Below are positions 44,730-55,074 of a stretch of 64,000 bases of DNA, in pieces. Position 1 is the stretch's first letter, and each line of letters starts with the position of its first letter. This DNA is from an uncultured delta proteobacterium (lineage in GTDB: Bacteria; Desulfobacterota; Syntrophobacteria; Syntrophobacterales; Syntrophobacteraceae). Made by a program: the position numbers and the translations under genes. Below the pieces are notes generated by a model. It had not been told where the DNA came from, searched no databases, and saw nothing but the letters and a program-made list of their open reading frames with translations. The stretch lies in the NCBI GenBank assembly GCA_963808625.1, contig CAWEHK010000026.1, positions 1-64,000 on the forward strand, read 5' to 3'.

Positions 44730-46258
44730 GATGACCTCTCTGATGCATGGATATAATCCTGGACGACCACGCGATCGTCGAACGGAAATACCTGGTTGCC
44801 AATGATCTGGTAGGTTTCGTGACCTTTTCCGCCAATAAAAACGACATCACCCGGAGCGGCCCAGGAGAGTGCCAGTCGAATTGCCTGCTTGCGGTCCACT
44901 TCGATGGTGTACGCTCTTTCTTCGGGCGCCCGGGCATCATCTTTATGGCAGGGTAAACCCATGGCTTGAATCCCCGGCTCGATCTCTCGAATGATCGCCG
45001 CCGGAATTTCGCTGCGGGGATTGTCACTGGTCACGATCACGAGATCGCCGAAGCGCGCCGCGACTTGGCCCATCAGGGGACGCTTGGCCCGGTCGCGGTC
45101 ACCGCCGCAGCCAAAAACCACAAGGAGGCGCCCTTTTGTCATTTCCTTCAAACAAGACAGGGCCTTCTCCATGGCGTCAGGGGTGTGGGCATAGTCCACC
45201 ACCACCTCGAAGCCCCACTCAGGTGGGACCGGGACACGCTGAAGCCGCCCATCCACCAGGGACACATCGTGCAGGCCGGCGCTGATCGCTTCCCCGGACA
45301 CCCCCAGAGCCAGTGCCGTGGTGGCGGCCGCCAGGAGATTGTAGAGATTAAGGCGCCCAAGCAGCGGGGAGCTGATCTTGAGGTCACCGCAAGGCGTGGC
45401 CAGCGTGGTTTGAATGCCTGAATGCTCGAGTTGCGCATCCTTCACCCAGACCCTGGCTTCCCGGTCATGGGTTGAGTAGCTCCAGAGGTCTCTATGAAGC
45501 TCCTTACTCAAGCGTTTTCCGTGAGGGTCATCGGTGTTGATGACGCTTGTAAAGTTTTCCGCCCTGGTGGAAACCTCGCCTGCGAAGAGCAGCGTCTTGG
45601 CAGCAAAGTACTCGTCCATGGTAGCATGAAAATCCAGGTGGTCCTGCGAAAGGTTGGTGAAGACGCCGACATCAAAGAGACATCCCTCAACCCTTCGCAG
45701 GGCCAGGGCATGCGAGGATACCTCCATGACCACGTGGGTAACGCCGTCCTCGTTCATTTCACTGAAAAAGCGCTGCAGGTCCAAAGCCTCAGGAGTAGTC
45801 ATGGGAGCAGTCTTCCGCTTGTCCGCCCAGCGGTAGCCAAGCGTTCCGACCACCCCAACCCGGCCGCCGTCTTGCTTCAGAATACTCTCGATCAAAAAAG
45901 TGGTGGTCGTCTTGCCGTTGGTCCCCGTTACGCCGATGAGCCGGAACTTGGCCGAGGGGTTTTCATAAAAGTTCAGCGCCAGCTTTGCCAGAGCTTTGCG
46001 GCTGTCGGGCACCCGCACGAAGGTTACCTGAGAAAAGCTGTTGGGTGCAACCTCTGCGATGATCACCGGCGCTCCCCGGCGAATTGCCTCAGGAATAAAT
46101 TGACTCCCATCCACATGGGTCCCGGGAAGTGCCACAAACACGTTGCCCGCTTCCACCCGGCGGCTGTCGTAGGCAATGCCGCTCACCGGCGTCTGCAGAT
46201 CTCCCCGGCTTTCTTTTACTGCCAAACCGTCAATGATGGTGGCCAGACTTTTGATCAC
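44726..46258 (-). CDS. murE: UDP-MurNAc-dipeptide-meso-DAP ligase
   Basis: TGTNGKTTT, MEVSSH, DYAHTPD, FGCGGDRD, DNPR (DAP-specific), GKGHE. Confidence 0.97.
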   Translation of the reverse strand: MIKSLATIIDGLAVKESRGDLQTPVSGIAYDSRRVEAGNVFVALPGTHVDGSQFIPEAIRRGAPVIIAEVAPNSFSQVTFVRVPDSRKALAKLALNFYENPSAKFRLIGVTGTNGKTTTTFLIESILKQDGGRVGVVGTLGYRWADKRKTAPMTTPEALDLQRFFSEMNEDGVTHVVMEVSSHALALRRVEGCLFDVGVFTNLSQDHLDFHATMDEYFAAKTLLFAGEVSTRAENFTSVINTDDPHGKRLSKELHRDLWSYSTHDREARVWVKDAQLEHSGIQTTLATPCGDLKISSPLLGRLNLYNLLAAATTALALGVSGEAISAGLHDVSLVDGRLQRVPVPPEWGFEVVVDYAHTPDAMEKALSCLKEMTKGRLLVVFGCGGDRDRAKRPLMGQVAARFGDLVIVTSDNPRSEIPAAIIREIEPGIQAMGLPCHKDDARAPEERAYTIEVDRKQAIRLALSWAAPGDVVFIGGKGHETYQIIGNQVFPFDDRVVVQDYIHASERSS

Positions 46259-46283
46259 TTACGGAATCGCTCCTCTTTCTCCC

Positions 46284-48263
46284 TCAAGGCACCCGGTTCA
46301 TAACCAGGTCCACCTTGGCTTTGGGCCTGACCATTGCTTCCATGCCGGAAGATACGGTAACCGGTTTTCCCGCGGGCTGCAATTTCGTCTGAATCCCAGG
46401 AGACACCGGACCCTTTGAGGCCGCCTTGTCCTCCCTTGCGGGCGCGCCAGCAGGTCCCCCCGGGCTCTTCTTTACTGCGGCCGTGGTCGTTTTCGTCGCC
46501 TTGTTGTGGGTGGCGCTTGCCGTATGGACTCCTGGGGGCAGCGAGGGGGTGCCTGCGGCGGGAAATACTCCGAGATAAGGTAGGGCCCTGGCGGCAATGT
46601 TTCGGAACACCGGCGCCGCAACTACGCCCCCATAAATAGCGCCGTGGGGTTCATGGATGACCACGCTAATCGCCAAGCGGGGCCGATCTGCCGGAATAAA
46701 GCCGGTAAAAATGGAAGTATATTTGCTCGAGGCATAGTGCCTTGTTTGCGGATCCAAGACCTGAGCCGTACCCGTCTTCCCCGCAGCAGCGTACCCTTCC
46801 GGGGCCGCCTTCACTCCCGTCCCACCTTCCTGCGTAACAGACCCATCATATCACAAATCTGCTTCGCTGTCTTTTGCTGAATCACTCGCCGGAACGGCCT
46901 GGTATGAAGCGGTTCGTAACTTTCGCCCTGACCGTCGAGGATTTGCTTTACAATAATTGGTTGACCGATTTCTCCGCCATTGGCGAGAGCTGCCATCCCC
47001 GTGGTGAGCTGCAGCGAGGTCACGCCAATGCTCTGGCCAAAACCTGTGGTCGCGAGATCGATTGGGCGCCATTTCTTGCCCGACCGCACCAGACCCCGGA
47101 CTTCACCCGGAAGCGCGATGCCCGTCCTCGAGCCGAAACCAAACCCTTTAATGTAGCTTGTAGAAGCGCTCACTTCCCAACTGCAGCGCGATCTTACTGG
47201 CCGCAATGTTGCTCGAATATTTGATCACTTCCGGCATGGTAAGCCACCCATACGGGTGGACATCATTGATGGTATGACCGGCGAGTTGGATTTTCCCGTT
47301 TTCGCAGAAGATGCGATCGCGCTCCTTGACCGTTCCCTCCTCGAGGGCCGCACTCATAAGAAAAATCTTGAAGGTGGAACCGGGTTCAAAGGAATCCGTA
47401 ATCGTGCGGTTGCGCCAGACCTCGGCACTGCTCTTGTTGCTCAGGTTCGGATCAAAGGGCGGCCAGTTGGCCATCGCCAGCACTTCAAAGGTCCGCGTGT
47501 CCAGAACCACGACTTCTCCTGCCCTGGCTCGATATTGATGCACCGCCTTCTCGAGTTCATATTCGGCCAGGTACTGGACAAACGCATCCAATGTCAGGCG
47601 CACGCCGAAATTTTCCATCGGCTCCGGCGGCGGTGCGGAGTCCAGCCAGAGGCATTTCCTGATGCCATCCCGGACCTGACCAACGGCTGCAATATTCTCT
47701 CGCAGAAGCTGGTCGAAGCCCTTTTCAACCCCTTCCAGGCCGGTCCCATCCACGCCGACAAAACCCAGGACCTGACCGCCCACCTGCCCGTAAGGATAAA
47801 ATCGCTTATACTCGTCTACCAGGTTCAGACCCGGTTGCTTCAGGCGCTCGACAGCGATGGCCTGCTGGTCGGTGAGGTGGCGCTTGAGCCAGACAAAATG
47901 GCGCGAGCACGATAGTTTTCCGGCAATGAACGATTCACTCTCATCCAGGACCGGGGCCAGGTGGGCCGCCAGCCGACCGGGAGCGTCCACCATCCCGGCA
48001 TCGACAAAAAGGGATCGCTGGGGTACGGAAAAAGAGAGGAGGCGCCCCTGGCAGTCATAGATGGAACCCCGATAAGTTGGCACGCGAATGGTCGTTTCCG
48101 TCTGATTTATTGCTCTTTCCAACCAGAGGGGATGTTCAATGATCTGCAATCGGGAAGCCCGCGCAAGGATGACGCAGAAGCCCAGGATGACCAGCGTGTT
48201 GAAAAAGACATAGTAGGACGAGTAACGAGCACTTCGGTACCTGCCAGGGTTGCGCCTCTCCAC
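46284..48263 (-). CDS. ftsI: Penicillin-binding protein 3, frameshifted
   Basis: RGSIYD, EPGSTFK (SxxK), SSN (SxN), GKTGTAQ (KTG). Confidence 0.93.
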
Positions 48264-48291
48264 CTTCAGCCCCTTTCCTTTCGTAATCTGT

Positions 48292-48633
48292 TCACGGCAC
48301 TGACAACTTCTGTTCAGACCTGGGTGGATTTAACCCAAATTCTTTTTGTCCCAACTGTTCCAAGTGGTGGGGGTCCTGAAAACGGGACCATTCCAGTCGC
48401 AATTTTCTTTGTACGGTGACCAGTTGTTCGTACTCAGCCTGGAGGCTCGCAAGGCGATAGCCGTTCTGGACCTGCTGAACGTAGAGCCAGATGTAAAAGA
48501 CGGCACCAAGAACGAAGACCGCCCCCAGGACCGCAGCAAGCAGGACCAACGCCCTCAAACCGAGCGAAGAAGGACGCTTCGGCATGTCCTCAAAATCGCT
48601 GGCAGGCTTTAAGTTCTGCACCGGATCAGCCAC
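48292..48633 (-). CDS. ftsL: Cell division protein FtsL
   Basis: TM segment plus coiled coil; lies between rsmH and ftsI. Confidence 0.8.
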   Translation of the reverse strand: MADPVQNLKPASDFEDMPKRPSSLGLRALVLLAAVLGAVFVLGAVFYIWLYVQQVQNGYRLASLQAEYEQLVTVQRKLRLEWSRFQDPHHLEQLGQKEFGLNPPRSEQKLSVP

Positions 48634-48651
48634 CCTTCCCCGTCCTTCTGT

Positions 48652-49632
48652 TCAGGCCACCTGGTCAAAATTGTTCGAACCCTTTCCCCATTTTTCCACG
48701 GCACGAAGGCGGGCGCTCCGCGCGCTTGGATTCCTGTCGATTTCCTCGGGACCCGGACGAAGTGGCCGCCGGGTCAAGAGTTTCACCAAAGGCTGCCCGG
48801 AACACTGACACCGTGGAATATGCTTCGGGCAGGTACATGATTTTGACCACTCCCGGAACCTTTGCTTGATGATGCGATCTTCCAGAGAATGAAAAGCAAC
48901 GGTGCACAGTCGCCCTCCCGGTTTCATGAGATCGAGAACCTGAGCGAGGAACTCTTCCAGGGATTCCAACTCATGATTTACCGCCAGGCGCAGGGCCTGA
49001 AAGGTGCGGGTCGCCGGGTGTATTCGAAGACTATCTTTGGTCTTGGGGACGACCTTTTCGATCTCCTTGGCAAGCTCGAGAGTCGTCGTAAACGATGCGA
49101 CCCGGCGCCGTGAAGCAAGAGCGCGGGCGATGCGCGAAGCCCATCGCTCCTCTCCGAGATCACGGATCAGGCTCGCCAGCTCCCGTTCGGAGAGGGTATT
49201 CACCAGCTCTGCTGCAGTCTGCGGAAGGCCTCGATCCATGCGCATATCCAACGGCCCGTCGACCATAAAGCTGAATCCCCGTTCAGCATCTGTGATTTGG
49301 AAGGTGGATACACCCAGGTCGACCACAATGCCATCGACCGGCCCCTGACCAAGTTGTTCCAGGATGTAACGAAGATCTGCGAAGTTCGCTTGGGCTAAGA
49401 GCAACCTGTTTTGATAGGCAGACAGTCTGGTTTGAACTCGTGCTATGGCAGCGGCATCACAATCAAGCGCAATCAACACGCCATCGGGGGCGCTCGCTTG
49501 CAGAATCGCCTCGGCGTATCCTCCTCCACCAACCGTTCCATCAACGTACACCCCACCCGCATGGCATCCCAGAAGTCCCATGACAGCTTCGCACAAGACC
49601 GGAACATGGGGGCGTCCTGTCGCTTCATCCAT
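48652..49632 (-). CDS. rsmH: 16S rRNA m4C1402 methyltransferase
   Basis: HVPVL, DGTVGGGG, DLGVS, RGFSF, PLDMRMD, HPATRTFQALR, FHSLEDR. Confidence 0.97.
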   Translation of the reverse strand: MDEATGRPHVPVLCEAVMGLLGCHAGGVYVDGTVGGGGYAEAILQASAPDGVLIALDCDAAAIARVQTRLSAYQNRLLLAQANFADLRYILEQLGQGPVDGIVVDLGVSTFQITDAERGFSFMVDGPLDMRMDRGLPQTAAELVNTLSERELASLIRDLGEERWASRIARALASRRRVASFTTTLELAKEIEKVVPKTKDSLRIHPATRTFQALRLAVNHELESLEEFLAQVLDLMKPGGRLCTVAFHSLEDRIIKQRFREWSKSCTCPKHIPRCQCSGQPLVKLLTRRPLRPGPEEIDRNPSARSARLRAVEKWGKGSNNFDQVA

Positions 49633-49638
49633 TGGCCT

Positions 49639-50101
49639 CTAAAGTCCGGTAATAGCTACCTTTTCCATAATTTGGCGATATTGCTCCGGGCTCCAGTCGA
49701 GCTGTTTCTCCCAGGCCGCTTTGTCCCAGATCTCGAAGCTTTTGAGCATTCCCGCGAGCACGACTTCCTGCTTCAGGCCCACTTTGGTTCTCAGGAAGAG
49801 AGGAATGAGAACCCTTCCCTGATCATCAAATTCACACTCCTGTGCGCTTGAAATGAAACGCCGCATGAACGCGCGTTGTTCGGGCTGGATCACGGAAAAA
49901 TCCTCCGCTTTGGCCTCGATCTCTTCCCAGTTTTCCGGCGGGTAGGCCACCAGGCATTGCTTCCAGCATCGTGACGATCAGCGAATCAGAGTAATGGTTT
50001 TGCAGGACTTCGCGATATTTTGTGGGAATCCTCAGGCGCCCTTTGGCGTCGAGGCGATTGAGCGACTGTCCTCGAAAGTGAGGCCGTTGCAGGATTCCCA
50101 C
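49639..50101 (-). CDS. mraZ: Transcriptional regulator MraZ, frameshifted
   Basis: FRG....LDAKGRLRIP and FDDQGRVLIP AbrB-like repeats; start uncertain. Confidence 0.92.
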
Positions 50102-50168
50102 TTTTCCCCCCAAATTCCCATATTTTCCCACTTGCGACCACTAATATCTATTTTTCAGCCTTTGTCAA
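50097..50168 (-). promoter_or_regulatory. dcw promoter with MraZ binding boxes
   Basis: TTGACA at 50163-50168, then GTGGT/GTGGG/ATGGG/GGGGG/GTGGG at exact 10 bp spacing (50137, 50127, 50117, 50107, 50097). Confidence 0.8.
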
Positions 50169-50435
50169 ATAGAATTACCGGGTTGAGTGAAATATTTTTG
50201 CTTTGCGGTCCGGCATCGACTCGGAGCGGAGGTCTGGCGAATCATGAAAATTGCTTCTCCTGTTCCATTTCATTTGTCGCGAACTGCCAGATTGTGTTAA
50301 GGAAAGGACGGGTCGGTGGGATGCCTGACGGGGTATTTCATCTTGCCTCAGAAAAGCCTCTGCTCAGCCCCTAAAGGCCTTCCTTCCATGCGGCAGAGGC
50401 TTTTTTGCCTTGACCATGACGAGAGAGGCAGCACC

Positions 50436-50636
50436 GTGACACAGGATGAAGAAATTATCCTTCGGTACGCGAAGGAGATCATCGTCAAATTCATCGAACT
50501 GGGGAGGGTTTCGCCCAGCAGTTTTGGCGACCAGTTCAGGAACATCTACTGGAGCCTCAAGAACACCCTCGTCGATGCGCGCCTGCCAAAGCTGGATGAA
50601 GACTTTCCCGGCGACGATCCTGCCCAGGACGGGTGA
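50436..50636 (+). CDS. Small hypothetical protein
   Basis: GAGG RBS and GTG start; AKEIIVKFIELGRVSPSSF motif. Confidence 0.7.
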   Translation: MTQDEEIILRYAKEIIVKFIELGRVSPSSFGDQFRNIYWSLKNTLVDARLPKLDEDFPGDDPAQDG

Positions 50637-50655
50637 CGGGAAAAGATCAGAGGGG

Positions 50656-50681
50656 GAGGGGTGAGGCACAGCCCACCCCTC
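50656..50681. terminator. Hairpin between convergent genes
   Basis: gaggggtgaggc-aca-gcccacccctc. Confidence 0.5.
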
Positions 50682-50688
50682 TTCGATT

Positions 50689-50934
50689 TTATGCGAGGAG
50701 CATTTTCGCGAGGTAATCAAGGATATCTTTTACGGTTCGAATCTTTTCCGCTTCCTCATCGGGGATTTCCAGATCGAACGCTTCCTCGAGGGCCATGACC
50801 AGTTCCACAACGTCCAGGGAATCGGCGCCCAGATCGTCCACCACATTGGCCTCGGCCGTAACCATTTCCTTGTCGACTCCCAATTGATTGGCGATGATGT
50901 CGACAACCTTCTTCTGCATTTCATTCCGGTCCAT
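50689..50934 (-). CDS. acpP: Acyl carrier protein
   Basis: [20 protein letters not shown]...[12 protein letters not shown]. Confidence 0.93.
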   Translation of the reverse strand: MDRNEMQKKVVDIIANQLGVDKEMVTAEANVVDDLGADSLDVVELVMALEEAFDLEIPDEEAEKIRTVKDILDYLAKMLLA

Positions 50935-51883
50935 TCTTTCCTCCTGATCGGTCAGCATCTGTTCCAACCCTGGAACGGTTTACAAATCCATAAAAAAGCA
51001 CTTCCAAAACACCGGGCAATTCTTCCGCAAGGGAATAACTGCAATCATGTGCCAGCCACTTCTGGATGATCCCGTGGATGAAACCCATCACGCCATAGAA
51101 GACTGTCTGAAAATCGAGCGGTTTGAGCAAACCGTCCAGACTGGCCTTCTGGACCTTCTTCTTCAGCAGGGGGATGCGCCGCTTGACCTGCTTCAGGTAG
51201 AGGTCCTGAACCTGCACTCCGACATCGAGGCGCTCCTGCGCCAGGAGCCGGTACAGGCGCTGATTACGGTCGAAAAATTCAAAGTAGACCCGCACGTATT
51301 TGGTAATCATGGTGAGGACATCATCCTGACCATCAAGAATGGTCCTGGCCTTGCTTTCGAGTTCTTCCAGGCGCTGTCGCACCAACTCATGGAAGAGGGT
51401 TTCCTTATTGGCAAAATAGCGGTAAAGGGTCCCTTTTCCCACCCCGGCCCGCTCGGCCACCTCATCCATGGTTGCAACGTGGAACCCCTTTTCCGAAAAG
51501 ACCCCAAGGGCAGCCTCCAGGACTCGTTCACGCGTGGCAGCTCTCGCGGAAACCTTGTGGTCGTCGCCGGGTTCGGCTTCGCCCATCATCCTCTCCAAAA
51601 CCTTCCCAAAGAATAGCTCGGGGGCAATGTCCCGGTCCTTGGCCACTTGTTGAAACGCGGCGACGAACCCGGTAAGGGGATAGCGGGTGGAAACCATTTT
51701 TTGTTTGAACGCATCGCGCAATTCGAGAAAACACCCGACCAGTTCATCGAGAATTTGGTTCCCGGGTTGATCGGCGTCCAAAAAATCGCCCAACTTCGCG
51801 ACGATGACCTCCGGTGTCTTGCTCCCGTGAACCAGTTCTCTCATAAAACGCTGTTGTTGTTGCCGTTTGCTTTCCCTGGGCAC
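50921..51883 (-). CDS. TetR/AcrR regulator with extra N-terminal domain
   Basis: [17 protein letters not shown]...[18 protein letters not shown]; start probably GTG 51883 (GAGG RBS) rather than ATG 51925. Confidence 0.88.
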   Translation of the reverse strand: MPRESKRQQQQRFMRELVHGSKTPEVIVAKLGDFLDADQPGNQILDELVGCFLELRDAFKQKMVSTRYPLTGFVAAFQQVAKDRDIAPELFFGKVLERMMGEAEPGDDHKVSARAATRERVLEAALGVFSEKGFHVATMDEVAERAGVGKGTLYRYFANKETLFHELVRQRLEELESKARTILDGQDDVLTMITKYVRVYFEFFDRNQRLYRLLAQERLDVGVQVQDLYLKQVKRRIPLLKKKVQKASLDGLLKPLDFQTVFYGVMGFIHGIIQKWLAHDCSYSLAEELPGVLEVLFYGFVNRSRVGTDADRSGGKNGPE

Positions 51884-51906
51884 GACCTCTCTCCCGTTTG
51901 TGTCCC

Positions 51907-51924
51907 TGACGGACTGGTCGGTCA
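51907..51924. promoter_or_regulatory. Putative TetR operator
   Basis: TGAC-G-GAC-TG-GTC-G-GTCA palindrome (14/18) just downstream of TGnTATGAT on the minus strand. Confidence 0.65.
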
Positions 51925-52013
51925 TAAATCATAGCATGAAAATAAAGTCAAGAAGGTTGTCGGGTGAAGGTCAGAAAATACCGGTCTGCTTGGGAAAGAA
52001 AGTGGCGCGGCGA

Positions 52014-52475
52014 TCAGAGCGAAGCGTCGTAGACAGACGTCCGCAGCCCCTGCTTCTGAGCATAACCACGAAGGATCGCCCGTTCGGTGCCACGGGTCAG
52101 GTCATACCGGGACAATGACGAGATGGGAACGAAGGCGCATGCCAGGACATCACTGGCGGGAGCGGGTTCCCCAGCGTTGCACTCACAGAGAAAATCAAGA
52201 AGAATATAATGGTATTCGATGGTTCCGGCCTGATCCAGGATTACCCGATCCAATGCCACCACCAGATCACGGACCTGAACCTCGAGCCCGACTTCCTCCT
52301 TGACTTCGCGCACGACCGCTTCCTGCAGCGATTCCCCCAGTTCGACCAAGCCCCCCGGAACTGACCACTTCCCGGCAGACGGCTCGGTTCCCCGCTGGAT
52401 TAGAAGCACCTCGTCATCGCGGAAAATGATCGCCCCGACACCAACCAGAGGTCGTTCGGGATAACGCCGATTCAT
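52014..52475 (-). CDS. Nudix hydrolase (ADP-ribose pyrophosphatase-like)
   Basis: Nudix box [23 protein letters not shown]. Confidence 0.92.
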   Translation of the reverse strand: MNRRYPERPLVGVGAIIFRDDEVLLIQRGTEPSAGKWSVPGGLVELGESLQEAVVREVKEEVGLEVQVRDLVVALDRVILDQAGTIEYHYILLDFLCECNAGEPAPASDVLACAFVPISSLSRYDLTRGTERAILRGYAQKQGLRTSVYDASL

Positions 52476-52678
52476 GCGGTCTTGCCTCCAACTTCAGGGC
52501 AGCATCCGGCAGCCATGCACCGGGAAAAGAACCTCACCGCGGAGACGCAGAGGACGCCGAGAGAAAAAGAGCATCCAAATCGTGTCACCTATTGCCCGAA
52601 ACAAGCGTAATCTGCAATCCAAAATCCAACGTTCTTCTCCGCGAACTCCGCGTCTCCGCGTGCGAAAAAAGAAGGATG

Positions 52679-53350
52679 TCACGGCTTACAGTAACGACAC
52701 GGGCGATAGCCCTGCTCCAGCCCCGTCCAACGATCCGGGAAATGGATCCTGGCCCTGGTGGCGACCTTTTTTCCCAAGGCACATTCGGAGCGATGAAAGA
52801 CAAAACTCCTCCGGTTTCCGAGGTAGGCCTTTGCCGGCACCACCGGACATCTACCCCACATGCCCTGGCGTTGATGGATTGCCTCCCGCTGGTACCGAAG
52901 GAATTCCTCCAAGCGTCTGAAGTTCTTGGATGTTCTATAGACATAGGCAGAACCCGCGCGCAGCATTTCGAGGTTCGCACACCCGCCATCCGGCAAAATC
53001 ACGTAAGCCAGGAAGCGACCGTGAGGATCGAGCACCTCACGCTCATATTGCAGCGACACCTGTTTATGGAGCACCAGGTCGCTGTTCATCCTCTTCGCCT
53101 CATCCCCGAAACAGTCTGCTTTGGCCCTGCCATGAGCCACCTCGGGCGCGTCGACGCCCAGGTAGCGGATCTTTTCGCCGCTATCCAGGATAATGGTATC
53201 CCCATCGCAGACCACAACCACCTTACCGGAACTCGGAGGGACACGCCCCCAACATGAAGCGGGTGTTCCCTGCAGGGCGGTCATCAGCAGAATGATCAGC
53301 CAGCACTTCAGAATCGTGAGGCTTCGTTGACCGACGCTATTCCCGGGCAT
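52679..53350 (-). CDS. Thermonuclease (SNase) family protein with Ada-like metal-binding tail
   Basis: DGDTI, IRYLGVDAPE, DPHGRFLAYV, FHRSEC...GYRPCRYCKP. Confidence 0.9.
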   Translation of the reverse strand: MPGNSVGQRSLTILKCWLIILLMTALQGTPASCWGRVPPSSGKVVVVCDGDTIILDSGEKIRYLGVDAPEVAHGRAKADCFGDEAKRMNSDLVLHKQVSLQYEREVLDPHGRFLAYVILPDGGCANLEMLRAGSAYVYRTSKNFRRLEEFLRYQREAIHQRQGMWGRCPVVPAKAYLGNRRSFVFHRSECALGKKVATRARIHFPDRWTGLEQGYRPCRYCKP

Positions 53351-53452
53351 GCGCCATTTCCCTTTCTAACAACGCACTGTTTTTGGCTGCTCTTCCGCCC
53401 TCGAGCCAAGAGGAGGCTTTCTGCGGATAAGTCGGTGAAAGCTCCCCTTTGA

Positions 53453-53617
53453 AGACTATCTCAAAACTGGCTTACCCCGTAACCCCGGCGGAAGCCGGGG
53501 TCCAGAATCCCCCTAGGAACCTGAATCCCTACGAAAACCTGGATTCCGGCTTTCGCCGGAATGACGTTCAATGGCGTTTTGACCATAATGGCGTTTTGAC
53601 CATCTTGAGACAGTTCC
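53453..53617. mobile_element. MITE-like element C, copy 2
   Basis: agactatctcaaaa...ttgagacagttcc around the same REP doublet; internal duplication of aatggcgttttgaccat; abuts the alaC stop codon. Confidence 0.75.
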
Positions 53618-54829
53618 TTAGACTTCGTCTTTGGCGGGCTTGGCGCGCATAAACTTCCCCATCTGGCGCAGGGCCTGGCGAAGTCTGTGTTCATTTTCCA
53701 CCAGCGCCAACCGCAGGTAGCCTTCCCCTTCCTCGCCGAAGCCAATGCCGGGAGCAACCGCCACATTCGCTTCATCCATGAGTTTAATCGCAAAGGGCAT
53801 AGAACCCATCTGGTCAAAGGGAGCGGGGATTTTGGCCCAAACGAACATGCCCGCTTTGGGCACGGTCACCGGCCAGCCGAGGCGCCGGAGTCCCCGGCAA
53901 AGGACATCGCGGCGCTGCTCATAAATCCTTGCCTGTTCCACGACCTCCGTGGCGCAATCCCGCAGCGCGACGATGCCCGCGATCTGAATGGCCGAAAAGA
54001 TACCATAATCATAGTATCCCTTGATCTTGGCCAGCCCCTGAATGATTTCCTTATTCCCCACGCAATACCCAACGCGCCATCCTGCCATATTGTATGACTT
54101 GGAAAAAGAACCAAATTCAACACCGACGTCCCTGGCCCCCGGCACCTGGAGGAAGCTTGGTGCGGTATAGCCATCGAAGGTGATCTTGGCATAGGCGAAA
54201 TCATGAATGATCATGAAGCGGTATTTCCTGGCCAAAGCAACGATCTCTTGAAAAAGTTCGGTGCTGGCCACGGTCGCCGTGGGATTATGGGGGTAGTTCA
54301 GGATCAACACCTTCGGGGTCGGATAGAGCGACTCGCACATGGTCGCAATGCGCGCCAGGAAGGTCTCTTCACTGGCCAGGGGGATGCGAATGACATTGCC
54401 GCCGGCAATGATGGTGGCATAGACATGAATGGGAAAGGCCGGCGTCGGCACCAGGACCGTGTCTCCGGGTCCGACCAGGGCCAAACACAGGTGCGAAATC
54501 CCCTCCTTGGAGCCAATGGTGCAGAGGACTTCCGTCTCAATATCCAGTTCCACGCCATAGTCCCGGCCATAGAATTGGGCAATTTCCCGACGCAGGCTGC
54601 GCAGTCCCGAAGCCACCGGATAGCGGTGACTCTTGGGGTCTTGCACCACTTCGCAGAGTTTCTGGGTCACCGCTTCGGGGGCGGGGTCGATCGGGTTACC
54701 CATCCCCAGGTCAATGACGTCGTGCCCCTGCGAACGTTTTTCCATCCTCATTTTATTGATCATCCCAAAAAGATACGGCGGCAATTGCTCCATGCGCTGG
54801 GCAAAGCGGATAATTGCATCTCCGGTCAT
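53618..54829 (-). CDS. alaC: Glutamate-pyruvate (alanine) aminotransferase AlaC-like
   Basis: LPPYLF, MGNP, TIGSKEG, PIHVY, HDFAY, SKSYNMAGWR, IKGYYDYG, FGEEG..YLRLALVENEHR match the AlaC/YfdZ pattern. Confidence 0.82.
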   Translation of the reverse strand: MTGDAIIRFAQRMEQLPPYLFGMINKMRMEKRSQGHDVIDLGMGNPIDPAPEAVTQKLCEVVQDPKSHRYPVASGLRSLRREIAQFYGRDYGVELDIETEVLCTIGSKEGISHLCLALVGPGDTVLVPTPAFPIHVYATIIAGGNVIRIPLASEETFLARIATMCESLYPTPKVLILNYPHNPTATVASTELFQEIVALARKYRFMIIHDFAYAKITFDGYTAPSFLQVPGARDVGVEFGSFSKSYNMAGWRVGYCVGNKEIIQGLAKIKGYYDYGIFSAIQIAGIVALRDCATEVVEQARIYEQRRDVLCRGLRRLGWPVTVPKAGMFVWAKIPAPFDQMGSMPFAIKLMDEANVAVAPGIGFGEEGEGYLRLALVENEHRLRQALRQMGKFMRAKPAKDEV

Positions 54830-54870
54830 GACTGTTTCCTCCTGTCTGCCTGTCTTGCTCCCGGTCAACC

Positions 54871-54902
54871 AAAAAGAAAACCCCAGGCCGCTTGGCCCGG
54901 GG
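54871..54902 (-). terminator. Intrinsic terminator (attenuator) in the alaC leader
   Basis: CCCCGGGCC-AAGC-GGCCUGGGG followed by UUUUCUUUUU, 41 nt upstream of the alaC ATG. Confidence 0.85.
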
Positions 54903-54958
54903 CTCAACGATGCCTTAGGCCGGCGGTTCAGCCCAAGGCTTTCGGTGGGTGCCTGCGG

Positions 54959-55042
54959 TTAATGAAACTCCAAGGCGCCAACCCTCACCCAGGCTATCCT
55001 GGCGGCGGCGGCCCATGCGATCGGTTTTGGAAAAGAGGTCAT
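54959..55042 (-). CDS. Putative alanine-rich leader peptide (27 aa)
   Basis: MTSFPKPIAWAAAARIAWVRVGALEFH*; GCCx4 at 55001-55012; AAGGA RBS; below the ORF-track length cutoff. Confidence 0.78.
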   Translation of the reverse strand: MTSFPKPIAWAAAARIAWVRVGALEFH

Positions 55043-55074
55043 CACTATTCTGTTCCTTTTGTTCTTTTTTATCA

